Assembly: GCA_963772725.1 (NCBI GenBank)
Contig: CAVYYI010000004.1
Span: forward strand, 64,001-128,000
Direction: 5' to 3'
DNA length: 64,000 nt
Source: an uncultured Phycisphaerales bacterium
GTDB lineage: Bacteria; Planctomycetota; Phycisphaerae; Sedimentisphaerales; Anaerobacaceae
Shown here: piece after piece, positions 45,887-54,361 of the stretch
Numbering within the stretch: the first letter of the stretch is position 1
Layout of the letters: the number at the start of each line of letters is the position of its first letter
Position numbers and translations under genes: made by a program
Notes under the pieces: generated by a model
Databases searched by the model: none
Told to the model about the DNA's origin: nothing
Seen by the model: only the letters and a program-made list of their open reading frames with translations

Positions 45887-46105
45887 ATGCCGCCAGTAGC
45901 AGAAGCAGATTGTAAAGTACATGCAGAGCAGATTCAGGAATTGAAGGCATCGGATAAACTCCAGTGGGAGCATATCAATAAATGGAATGATACCATCCGT
46001 AAATATGTTCCGGTATGGGTAACATTGGTACTTATGGCCATGAGCGGATTAACGGCATCGGCCCTGACGTTTGCGGGCATGATGATGAAGGGTGCGGGCA
46101 AGTAG
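45887..46105 (+). CDS. Small membrane protein (holin-like candidate)
   Basis: Coiled coil plus C-terminal TM (WVTLVLMAMSGLTASALTFAG). Confidence 0.5.
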   Translation: MPPVAEADCKVHAEQIQELKASDKLQWEHINKWNDTIRKYVPVWVTLVLMAMSGLTASALTFAGMMMKGAGK

Positions 46106-46117
46106 GGCAATTTAAAA

Positions 46118-46348
46118 ATGTATAAAAAAGTCGAGATAGAATGGATTGACAGCAAGTCCGGATTGAATGCCTGGGAGTATTTGGAAGATTTATCAGAGCT
46201 TAAACCTGCGATATGCAAAACTGCAGGCTATCTGATAGAGGATGCCAAAGAATATAAAATTATCGCGCAGTCTTTGAGCGATACGCAGGTTCACGGCAGA
46301 ATTGCAATACCCGCAGCGTGCATTATAAAGCTAAAACGAATAAAGTAA
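46118..46348 (+). CDS. Conserved-type small phage protein
   Basis: VEIEWIDS...CKTAGYLIE...IIAQS...IP..CI pattern. Confidence 0.65.
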   Translation: MYKKVEIEWIDSKSGLNAWEYLEDLSELKPAICKTAGYLIEDAKEYKIIAQSLSDTQVHGRIAIPAACIIKLKRIK

Positions 46349-46374
46349 CTATTTCTTTGGATAAAGGAGAAGTA

Positions 46375-46701
46375 ATGAGCGATAGAAATACTGAAAAATT
46401 GAGCGGAGATATCCCTCCACCTCCAGAGTTCAGGGGTGATATGAGGGAGTGGGCCAGAGAATTATCGATCTATATTGAACAGCAACTACGAAGCCATAAT
46501 TCCGATATCCAAAATCTGTATGAACTAAAAATCTCCGCCGCCTTTAGCGGGGATTATAGTGCGGCATGGCCCGCAAAAAGAATCAACAATACTGACTTCC
46601 AGAATGTAGATACAGGTAAGTTTGCAATTGACACAAAGTCAACACCAAACAGAGTGGCAGTTTATGTTTATGGAACTGGATGGGTGGAAATAGGGAGTTA
46701 A
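46375..46701 (+). CDS. Needle-like paralog with C-terminal extension
   Basis: AAAGGAG SD; N-terminal ~55 aa align to 34896-35051. Confidence 0.7.
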   Translation: MSDRNTEKLSGDIPPPPEFRGDMREWARELSIYIEQQLRSHNSDIQNLYELKISAAFSGDYSAAWPAKRINNTDFQNVDTGKFAIDTKSTPNRVAVYVYGTGWVEIGS

Positions 46702-46703
46702 TA

Positions 46704-46835
46704 ATGTCAGATAACAAGAACAGGGATATCGAAATACAGAAAATTGTCGAAGAGCTAAAGACTTGCGACGAGCAGGATTTTAAATTTTTATGCAGGTTTA
46801 TTCCTGGATTTCTTCGTCAAGAAGTTCCCAGATAG
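46704..46835 (+). CDS. 43-aa hypothetical protein
   Basis: GGGAG SD; MSDNKNRDIEIQKIVEELK... Confidence 0.4.
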   Translation: MSDNKNRDIEIQKIVEELKTCDEQDFKFLCRFIPGFLRQEVPR

Positions 46836-46881
46836 CACGCCGGAGAAGTAGAAAATATTTGAGGATAAAGGAGAAGCGAAG

Positions 46882-47304
46882 ATGTTTGAAGACAAGAGCG
46901 TTGTTAAATTCGAGAATGGCCGGATTGATTTCAATATCGACCATGATTTCAGAATGTCAATGTCGGCCAAGGAGTGGCTGTTTGTAAATCTTTTGGCGGT
47001 AGAGCAAATACTGGCCGAGACTACCGCAGAAAATTTTGAGCAACAGAAACCAAGGCTGGAAAAAAACCTTGCTGCGGCGTTAAGCTGGAATTGGGTTATT
47101 GGCAGCACTGAAAAAAATGCCGAGCCAATGAGGGGTGGTATTGACGAGACTTGCTATAAGGTTTTCAATCAGTTAGACCAAAGGCCGCATCCGCCGGGAT
47201 TCGGTGCGATGTATGCCGATATAAGTGAAAGGCTCAAGCCCTTTGTTGAGAAGTTTAAGAAGTTGGCTCATTGCGAGGAACAGGATTCTTTAGCTTCGCA
47301 ATAA
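46882..47304 (+). CDS. Hypothetical protein
   Basis: AAAGGAG SD; 140 aa. Confidence 0.65.
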   Translation: MFEDKSVVKFENGRIDFNIDHDFRMSMSAKEWLFVNLLAVEQILAETTAENFEQQKPRLEKNLAAALSWNWVIGSTEKNAEPMRGGIDETCYKVFNQLDQRPHPPGFGAMYADISERLKPFVEKFKKLAHCEEQDSLASQ

Positions 47305-47512
47305 AAGGCCGTAATTCATCTGATAAGTGACAATAAGACGCATCAGAGTTAGGATTGGTAAAATCCCATTTGCCGTCTTTAAGAATAGCTGCCTCCGCCA
47401 CTGCCGTGCCTGTGGAATTTATATAAGCTACCTGTATTTGCTGCGGCGAGTAGACATTACTCACAATGCAGCGGGTATTGCCGATATAAATTATGTCATT
47501 GATTTTTGTCAT
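47255..47512 (-). CDS. Hypothetical moron protein
   Basis: MTKINDII start overlaps the upstream stop (ATGA). Confidence 0.6.
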   Translation of the reverse strand: MTKINDIIYIGNTRCIVSNVYSPQQIQVAYINSTGTAVAEAAILKDGKWDFTNPNSDASYCHLSDELRPFIAKLKNPVPRNEPTS

Positions 47513-47790
47513 GGATTGCATACCTTACAAGCCCTTCTTCCAGATTTCAGGGCCTCATCTCTGGAAGAGAAGCCTATTAAGTTTTGTCCTGATATTTTCT
47601 TGGCCCAGCGACAGGTCGGCTTATGGTAAATATCTCGCTGGGATGATGCGACATACATGTAATTATACTGTTGGCTTTTGACAATGCTATTATCGCGGCG
47701 GGTATGTGACCATGCAAAATGGCCAGCGAAAAAAACGAAAATCATCGCAGCGACAATTAGAAGCCAATTATGTTTGAGAAATTTTAGCAT
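47509..47790 (-). CDS. Membrane-anchored Ada-type metal-binding domain protein
   Basis: N-terminal TM; YVAS...IYHKPTC...FSSRDEALKSGRRACKVCNP. Confidence 0.85.
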   Translation of the reverse strand: MLKFLKHNWLLIVAAMIFVFFAGHFAWSHTRRDNSIVKSQQYNYMYVASSQRDIYHKPTCRWAKKISGQNLIGFSSRDEALKSGRRACKVCNP

Positions 47791-47805
47791 TTGTAAGCCC
47801 CTTAA

Positions 47806-48273
47806 TTAATACCCCGAAAGCCATTCACTGGCCAAGATGGCCAAATCCATAAAATTTACTTGGCAATCTCCGTTTAAATCGCTAATAGGGCAATCGGAAA
47901 TATAATAACCAGTAACAGTAACAAACGATTCGCTTGGGCGATTTCCATTATCTGTATAACGTGGTTTTTGAATGATATTAAGAGTAGTATTTGGCTCCAT
48001 GACATATGAACCATCAAAAAAAGTAAAAGGCCCGGGAGATATTAATATTTGATCATCATAAAAATAAGTACAATCAGCGTGTCCTGACACAGTAAACTGC
48101 AAAAGCACTAATCCGTGACGAGGCGGTATAGTTAAAATCGAATATGCTTTTGGCGATGGATACATGGTGGAGCCGCCACTTGTTAAGGTTTGATTGAAAA
48201 AGAAATACTCATTGGAAAAAACCGTATCATTAAGAACGCATATCATTGTCAAAATAAACAAAAACTTCCGCAT
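47806..48273 (-). CDS. Secreted protein with host-type dockerin/EF-hand-like tail
   Basis: Signal peptide; CPISDLNGDCQVNFMDLAILASEWL. Confidence 0.75.
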   Translation of the reverse strand: MRKFLFILTMICVLNDTVFSNEYFFFNQTLTSGGSTMYPSPKAYSILTIPPRHGLVLLQFTVSGHADCTYFYDDQILISPGPFTFFDGSYVMEPNTTLNIIQKPRYTDNGNRPSESFVTVTGYYISDCPISDLNGDCQVNFMDLAILASEWLSGY

Positions 48274-48381
48274 CTTCTTATTCCTAAGTTAAGTTTATAT
48301 AGCCAATTACCGAAAATGTCACTATGTCAACAATAGATTTTCAAAAATATTATTATATAGAGCAAATTAAGTGCATCTTAA

Positions 48382-49092
48382 TCAGCCATGCTTCTCGTGT
48401 TTTTGTTGTTTCTCTGCTCTGCCAGCTTCAGCAGCATTTTCGGTCATAGATTTAGTTTTTTTTGTTGCTTTTGATTGGATACTGCTTTCGACCAGAATAT
48501 ATCCGCCAACTTTATCTGCTATTTCTTTGAAAGGCTCACGGCAATGCGCTACTCTGTGTCCTAATTTTTTATGCGGGTCTTCGCATGTTTGGCCGCCGCC
48601 ATGTTCATGTTTTTCGAGACAGATAGGACATTTATCAATCACCCAATATTGAAGTTTGTCACGTATTTCGAGGTGAACTTGAGCTTTTGGCGTTTCATGA
48701 GGCGAACAATAAAGTCCATGATATATCTGTTCGGCGTGTTTATGACACAATCCTATAACAACTTTAAATAGTCCTATCCTCAATGTGGTATATTCCGTCG
48801 CCTGTTCCTTGCAATGTTGTTCACTACATTGAACATTGCTTCCGTCTTTGATAGGTAACGTAGAAAAGTACTCCATCAATGCCGCTACTTTTTGCTCAAA
48901 TTCAGAGATATCTGGTAATTTTTCGTACCCATTAGCAATAGCGGACATTCGCTCTCTACCCGCTGGAGAAAGCAATTTTAAAGCAATAATACCCGCAGAA
49001 AGAGCATTTTTTGTGCCGCCGTATTTAGCGGCCATTTCGTCGCCTATTGGAGTTGCGACATCGGTTAAAAATTTTTCAATTCTCTTTGCCAT
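48382..49092 (-). CDS. Putative phage repressor (RHH-like N-terminus, Zn-binding C-terminal half)
   Basis: Immunity position, divergent from the early operon; C/H clusters CSEQHC, CHKH, CPIC..HEH, HRVAHC. Confidence 0.55.
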   Translation of the reverse strand: MAKRIEKFLTDVATPIGDEMAAKYGGTKNALSAGIIALKLLSPAGRERMSAIANGYEKLPDISEFEQKVAALMEYFSTLPIKDGSNVQCSEQHCKEQATEYTTLRIGLFKVVIGLCHKHAEQIYHGLYCSPHETPKAQVHLEIRDKLQYWVIDKCPICLEKHEHGGGQTCEDPHKKLGHRVAHCREPFKEIADKVGGYILVESSIQSKATKKTKSMTENAAEAGRAEKQQKHEKHG

Positions 49093-49166
49093 AATAAAAA
49101 ATACTAAAAAATATATGTTTTAAAAAAATTTTACTGCGATTTCAAATTAATGCAAGCCTTTAATTC

Positions 49167-49261
49167 AAAAGTACTTACATTCGTGAGAAAATACTTTTTT
49201 CGTGCATTGTGTGAAAAAACGTGAAAAAAGTACTTGCTTTCACAAAAAAGGACGATATACT
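49167..49261 (+). promoter_or_regulatory. Early rightward promoter / operator region
   Basis: TTGCTT (49234-49239), 16-nt spacer, TATACT (49256-49261); repeated GTGA(A) motifs and AAAAGTACTT x2. Confidence 0.6.
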
Positions 49262-49464
49262 TTATAGAGACTTAGAAAGGAAAAACAAAGAATGATAACA
49301 AATCGCATACAGATGGAATTAGACGGAACACTTGAAATAGCTTTCTGTCCGGCGTCAATTATAATTTCCCTTCAACGACAGTTATTTTTACCGTTACTTC
49401 ATAACACTTACCTTAGCTTATAGCCTTTAGGAGGTGCCCCCCATGGGGGGCAAAATTTCGGACA

Positions 49465-50229
49465 TTACGTGTCCTTATTTTTCCGTCTCTGAGCTTCCTC
49501 AGCTCGGTAGCTCGGTACATTCAATTCAAGGATCACACTATGATGTACCAGCCGGTCGATCGCTGCTGCAGTGGTCATCGGATCCTTAAAGATGACTTCC
49601 CATTTACTGAACGGCAGATTGCTGGTAATCAACACGCTGCCACGTTCATAACAATGAGCTAATAAGGTAAACAGCACCTCCATCTCCTCGCGGTTCTGTT
49701 TGACATAGCCGAAGTCATCTATCATCAATGCCTCGTACTGTGACAGCTTCTTGAGCCATTTGTCCAGCTTCAACTCCTGCTTGGCTCGTAATAACTCCTG
49801 CAACATCATATCACACGTAGTAAAGTAAACCTTTTTTCCCTGCCGGGCAAGTTCATGACAGATACCACACAGTAAATGTGTCTTACCGCTGCCGGGTTTG
49901 CCAAATGCAAGAATATTCTCTGTTCTGTCAACAAATGAACCTTCCAAAAGAATTTTGACCTGCTGACGTATCTTCAACGGCATACGTTTAAAATCAAAGT
50001 TTGCCATGGTCTTTTCCATAGGAAGCTTTGAGGCTTTTACCAGCCTTGCGATTTTATTGGCTCTGCGAACATCACACTCACGCTGAGCCAATTCCAATAG
50101 ATATTGTGAATAACCCATATCTTCGGCGATAGCCTTCTGAGCGAACTCGGCGTAATATTCACGGAACATCGGCAGGTGAAGTTCTTTGAGAAGGTTTACA
50201 AGCTGATTATCCAGATCATTTTTACTCAT
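49465..50229 (-). CDS. istB: IS21 helper ATPase
   Basis: GKPGSGKTHL, IDDFGY, ITSNLPFSKW, AAIDRLVHH. Confidence 0.95.
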   Translation of the reverse strand: MSKNDLDNQLVNLLKELHLPMFREYYAEFAQKAIAEDMGYSQYLLELAQRECDVRRANKIARLVKASKLPMEKTMANFDFKRMPLKIRQQVKILLEGSFVDRTENILAFGKPGSGKTHLLCGICHELARQGKKVYFTTCDMMLQELLRAKQELKLDKWLKKLSQYEALMIDDFGYVKQNREEMEVLFTLLAHCYERGSVLITSNLPFSKWEVIFKDPMTTAAAIDRLVHHSVILELNVPSYRAEEAQRRKNKDT

Positions 50230-51713
50230 ACCAGTAGTGCCTCCGCCGATTCAAGTAGACAGTCATAACTGTTCAGATCAATATCGCCAACACAAACGTC
50301 AGTGACATCCGGCGGCTGTTGTTCGGATTTGACTATTTGTTCTACCATATCAAAATCAATCGCATCTGCATGGTTGATCAGGAACCGCAAAGCTTCATTG
50401 ACAGATGTCTGGCTTTCGTTGGCAGCTAATTCAAGAATTTTCAGATACTGCTTATTACCCTGCTTCATCCCATGTTGATCACGCAGGAGATCATATGCGA
50501 TCCTGAACTGACTTGTGGGAAACATATCATCTTTATAGCAATAGTTCTCAAACGCCCCGGGTTTGCGAACAAGGGTATCTATAACGTGGCGGTAATTGAT
50601 GTAATGACCGTTTTCACCGTGTAATCTGGGCAATACTTCAATTCTTCTTTGAGCATACCAGACTTCGATATGTTCGGCATATATTCGAACGTCAACATTT
50701 TCTCCCCTAAGCCTGCTGTGAACAGAATAGCTGTTCTTAAGAACTCGGACCGTGCAGCCACGACTTACCCTGCATTTATCCCTGGTGAAATCTTCATGCC
50801 TGCGGGTTGGCAATTGCCGCAGAACCTTTAACTCTTCGGCCAAGAGTTTTGTGCGGCCGGTATTGAGTTGGTCGAGCAGCTTTTCAAGAAACATTTCATA
50901 ATCTTTCCTGCTGTTAAAATCTCTGCTTCCTCTAAGGATTAACGCCTGTTCAACAGCTCTCTTTAACCTGTGATGACGCTGCTCTATATCGCCGTTTTCA
51001 TTCGGACAGTGAGGCTGGATTTTACAGCTTTGGAAACCATAATGATTCGCAAGACCCTGATAGTTAGCCGTGAATTCCTCAGGATTGCCTACCTTGTTAA
51101 CCGCACAGGTTAAATTATCAGTCCTATGATAGCGTGGTATGCCGCCTAACTTCCAGAGGGCATTTTGAATACCGGCACTTAAACTTTCATAGCTTTCTGA
51201 AAAACATACCGTGACGGTTTCCCAGTTCGACAAACACAATACAAAATGGTACAGCATGTGAATAAAAGGTATGCCGCAAATGGTGATACCCAGCTTATTC
51301 ATCCTGGTAAAGTCTGATTCGCACCATTGGCCGGGTTTATAGATTTGTGGAAAAAACACTTCCTGAGCCGGACCGGACAAGGCTTTCCATTGTTTTACTC
51401 GTCTCTGGAAGGTTCTTAATTCGCTGTCCTGGTATTTACCGGGATATTCACGCTGCAGAGCCTCAAAAAGCGATTTAGATTCAAGACCGGAGTTGTTTTT
51501 GAGGAATTCTTCAACCCATGGCCAATCCCCTGCAAAGGCATCCGGATGGGTGGGCCAGTCGTGGATAGCTTGGCATTGGCTGGGCAGCACGCCCGTTTTT
51601 AAATACTTGCGGGCGGTTTTAGTGCTTATACCAGCCTTGTCTGCAAGCTGATATAAGGTCTTGCATTTGTTTTTCATAGCGAACAATCTCCTTACCTGTT
51701 TGTCTTTAACCAT
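50226..51713 (-). CDS. istA: IS21 transposase
   Basis: HTH, ESDFT, RTDN, NENGDIE, NSYSV. Confidence 0.95.
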   Translation of the reverse strand: MVKDKQVRRLFAMKNKCKTLYQLADKAGISTKTARKYLKTGVLPSQCQAIHDWPTHPDAFAGDWPWVEEFLKNNSGLESKSLFEALQREYPGKYQDSELRTFQRRVKQWKALSGPAQEVFFPQIYKPGQWCESDFTRMNKLGITICGIPFIHMLYHFVLCLSNWETVTVCFSESYESLSAGIQNALWKLGGIPRYHRTDNLTCAVNKVGNPEEFTANYQGLANHYGFQSCKIQPHCPNENGDIEQRHHRLKRAVEQALILRGSRDFNSRKDYEMFLEKLLDQLNTGRTKLLAEELKVLRQLPTRRHEDFTRDKCRVSRGCTVRVLKNSYSVHSRLRGENVDVRIYAEHIEVWYAQRRIEVLPRLHGENGHYINYRHVIDTLVRKPGAFENYCYKDDMFPTSQFRIAYDLLRDQHGMKQGNKQYLKILELAANESQTSVNEALRFLINHADAIDFDMVEQIVKSEQQPPDVTDVCVGDIDLNSYDCLLESAEALLV

Positions 51714-52038
51714 CTGAAATCTCCTGACTTAATGAGTTTCAGATAGCATATTCCAACTTTAATTCATCCGGAACTTTTAACTGTCGCCGGAAGGTAAGAA
51801 TAATTGTCGCTGATCACTTTCAGACTATTTTGTAAAAACAATGACATTGATAAGACTCCTGATGGCGTTAAGCAATTAATACGCGAAACACCAGAATACA
51901 AATATTTAAATGCTCAGAATGCAGTCCCTGCCTCCGCAAATCCATCCGTGAATGAAAATGAAAAGACTACCCCGCCAGAGGTAGAAAGTCAAGATTAAAT
52001 TACCCATTTTAACAAAAAAAGTAGAAACGGAGTTCAAA

Positions 52039-52533
52039 ATGACAGGAAGACGGACAAAAAACGAATTGGCAGAGTTGAATACAAGGCTGGGAGAGATGAA
52101 AAACGAGATAGATGTTATCGGTGGCCAGATAACGAAGTTGCAAGCGAAAGTTGCGGTTATGGACAGGGCAGAAACAAAAGAGACAAAGAAAACGCTGGTA
52201 GAAAAGATTATGAAGGGGATAGAAGTCAGCTACGATGGCGATGATGATGGCCTGCGAGAATTTCTCGAAGTACGGCTAAACACCAAAATAATTAAAGGGG
52301 ACCGTCAATTCATACTCAATGCCACAAGGGACTGGCTTAATAATCAGCATATAGTGTATTTGGAAACTTATTATCTAATACTTTGCAATATCAATAGGCA
52401 AGAGGCTGAGCAGAAAGAACAGAAAGAGGCTGAGAAGGAACAGTACGTGAAATTAATTGCAGGCCATTTGAGTCGCAAGAAATCATGTGCTTTTACAAAA
52501 ACTCTGTACTTGGAACTGATTAAATATAACTAA
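52039..52533 (+). CDS. Hypothetical early protein
   Basis: GGAG SD; coiled coil. Confidence 0.6.
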   Translation: MTGRRTKNELAELNTRLGEMKNEIDVIGGQITKLQAKVAVMDRAETKETKKTLVEKIMKGIEVSYDGDDDGLREFLEVRLNTKIIKGDRQFILNATRDWLNNQHIVYLETYYLILCNINRQEAEQKEQKEAEKEQYVKLIAGHLSRKKSCAFTKTLYLELIKYN

Positions 52534-52736
52534 TGAGACCTTATCCAGAAAATTTAAAGAGACCAGTAACCTTATTCACGCTGTTCAATGCCAAGCAGCT
52601 TGAGCAGATTGGATTGTGCGACCAAAGGTTCTGGCAGCGATGGCGGCAGATGAGTCGCGGGCCTAAATATATACGCAAGGGACATAGATATTTGTACAGG
52701 TTGATTGATGTTTGCAGATGGGTAAATGCAAATTAG
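52533..52736 (+). CDS. AlpA/Xis-like winged-HTH protein
   Basis: WR..SRGPKYIRKGHRYLYRLIDVCRWV. Confidence 0.7.
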   Translation: MRPYPENLKRPVTLFTLFNAKQLEQIGLCDQRFWQRWRQMSRGPKYIRKGHRYLYRLIDVCRWVNAN

Positions 52737-52751
52737 GGAATTGAGAGAAAA

Positions 52752-53111
52752 ATGGCTAAGAAACAAAAAGATTACGATACCTCGCTGCGTGACGGAATGA
52801 TAGTCAGATTCGTCCGGCAAGGTAAAAGCTATGCACAAATAGCCAGAATGCCAGCGGTGGAATTGTCAGCGGGAAGAATAGCGGAAATCATCAATACTCA
52901 TCCAGACTATAACAACATCGTAACCGACCGCAATAAGGCCAGACTGCGACAGATGGCAGATGAGGCGTTTGAGAATTATGAACCTATCAAGAATGAAAAG
53001 AAGAAACGGCTAACCGCTGAAAAACTCAGGAAATTGACAATCGGCCAGCTGCATAAAGAAGACCAGCTTATCTTCCAGAAGGTAGCCAAGGCTGTGGAGA
53101 TAGGAGAATAA
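52752..53111 (+). CDS. HTH DNA-binding protein
   Basis: GKSYAQIARM...LSAGRIAEII. Confidence 0.65.
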   Translation: MAKKQKDYDTSLRDGMIVRFVRQGKSYAQIARMPAVELSAGRIAEIINTHPDYNNIVTDRNKARLRQMADEAFENYEPIKNEKKKRLTAEKLRKLTIGQLHKEDQLIFQKVAKAVEIGE

Positions 53112-53113
53112 AA

Positions 53114-53380
53114 ATGTCAAAAATCTGGAAAAAAGCAAGGTTTGCGAGGGGCAGGCGGAAATACTTCGGGGCCTTCCCTTGTAATTGCCAAACGTCAGGT
53201 GCAATGATGCTTTACTTCAACGAGGCGTATCATCTGCCGTTCTCGCAGGAGTTTAAAGATGGCTGGTTCATCTGCCTCAATAAGACAATATACCGCATCG
53301 CCAGAACGCTCCTCATCGAGCCGTCACAAGTTACCGCGGACGTTATCCGCGATTGGTTTCATCGGGTTAAAAAAGATTAG
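53114..53380 (+). CDS. Hypothetical protein
   Basis: AGGAG SD; within the operon. Confidence 0.55.
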   Translation: MSKIWKKARFARGRRKYFGAFPCNCQTSGAMMLYFNEAYHLPFSQEFKDGWFICLNKTIYRIARTLLIEPSQVTADVIRDWFHRVKKD

Positions 53381-53386
53381 GGAATT

Positions 53387-53740
53387 TTGGGAAAGGGAAT
53401 TGAGATGTCAGAAGAAAAAGCAATACGCGAAGGCATATTAAGAAGGGTTCCGCTTGTCGCCAAAAAATACGATATCAGCCCCGAAGCAATCGAGCGATTG
53501 CGAAAAGACTTAGAGCCGCTGATGAATATCTTAGGCGGAGTGGCAAAACAACAGCTTAAGAGCATCGTGACCTATGCGGGCGAACTGATGAACCTCATCA
53601 GGACTAACTGTCATGATTGCATGATATTTAAGAACAGCAATTACACAGCATCCGGCGTCTCGGCGACAATCAAGGATAAATTCGACGGCCAGCTTTACAA
53701 GGTGACTATTGAGCCGCTTTACCAGAAGGATGGCGAGTAA
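53387..53740 (+). CDS. Hypothetical protein (start probably MSEEK)
   Basis: Within the operon. Confidence 0.55.
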   Translation: MGKGIEMSEEKAIREGILRRVPLVAKKYDISPEAIERLRKDLEPLMNILGGVAKQQLKSIVTYAGELMNLIRTNCHDCMIFKNSNYTASGVSATIKDKFDGQLYKVTIEPLYQKDGE

Positions 53741-53880
53741 TGAAGCGGATGTCAACTATCGAAATCAATCTGGAAGCAAAGCGGATTAGTGACTTATGGC
53801 TCGGAAGATACGGCGCACGTAACGCCAACAAAATAAGTTTAGCGGTAAGAAGATTATTTAGAGTTAAGAAAGGGAATTGA
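53740..53880 (+). CDS. 46-aa basic protein
   Basis: TAATG overlap; fills the gap in the operon. Confidence 0.4.
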   Translation: MKRMSTIEINLEAKRISDLWLGRYGARNANKISLAVRRLFRVKKGN

Positions 53881-53881
53881 T

Positions 53882-54356
53882 ATGGAAACGGCAACAGAAG
53901 TAGATGAGATGTTCGGCGCAGGACTCAGCGTCCATCGAGCAAAAGGTCGAGGCAATGGCGGTATTCATTGCTCAGGAAGATGATTCGATTGAGAAACTGC
54001 AATCGGAATTAACTAAGAAGAAGGCCGCTCTGGATCAGGCCAAATCAGACTTGTCAATGCTGATGCGTCAAAACGGTATTGAGAAGATAAGCCTCAGTAA
54101 TGGCTTAACGCCCAAGGCGACGCTAACCCGCAAATTCTTCAAAGCATCTGGTGTGTCAGATGAGCAGATGTTTGACTGGCTTAAGGCGAATGAGCTGGGC
54201 GATATTATCCGTCCCTACGTTCATTACCAAACCCTGCAAGGCACGCTCAAGACGTTCAACGGCGAGATACCAGAGACAATCTTTAACGTTACAGATGTAC
54301 CGAGCATAACGATGTATGGGAAATCAAAGTTCTTAGCTAATAGAGAGGTTGCATAA
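53882..54356 (+). CDS. Phage coiled-coil protein (probable +1 indel near 53912)
   Basis: METATEVDEMF joins AQDSASIEQK...; MFDWLKANELGDII. Confidence 0.6.
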
Positions 54357-54361
54357 ATATT

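Larger units (their letters stand above)
49346..51816 (-). mobile_element. IS21-family insertion sequence, 2471 bp
   Basis: TG...CA ends with imperfect IR (TGTCCGGCGTCAATTAT / TGATCAGCGACAATTAT); 5-bp TSD CTTTC (49341-49345 / 51817-51821). Confidence 0.93.
49292..51998 (+). pseudogene. Cro-position RHH protein (76 aa) split by IS21
   Basis: 49292-49345 joined to 51822-51998 is in frame: MITNRIQMELDGTLEIAF|RLFCKNNDIDKTPDGVKQLIRE... Confidence 0.8.
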
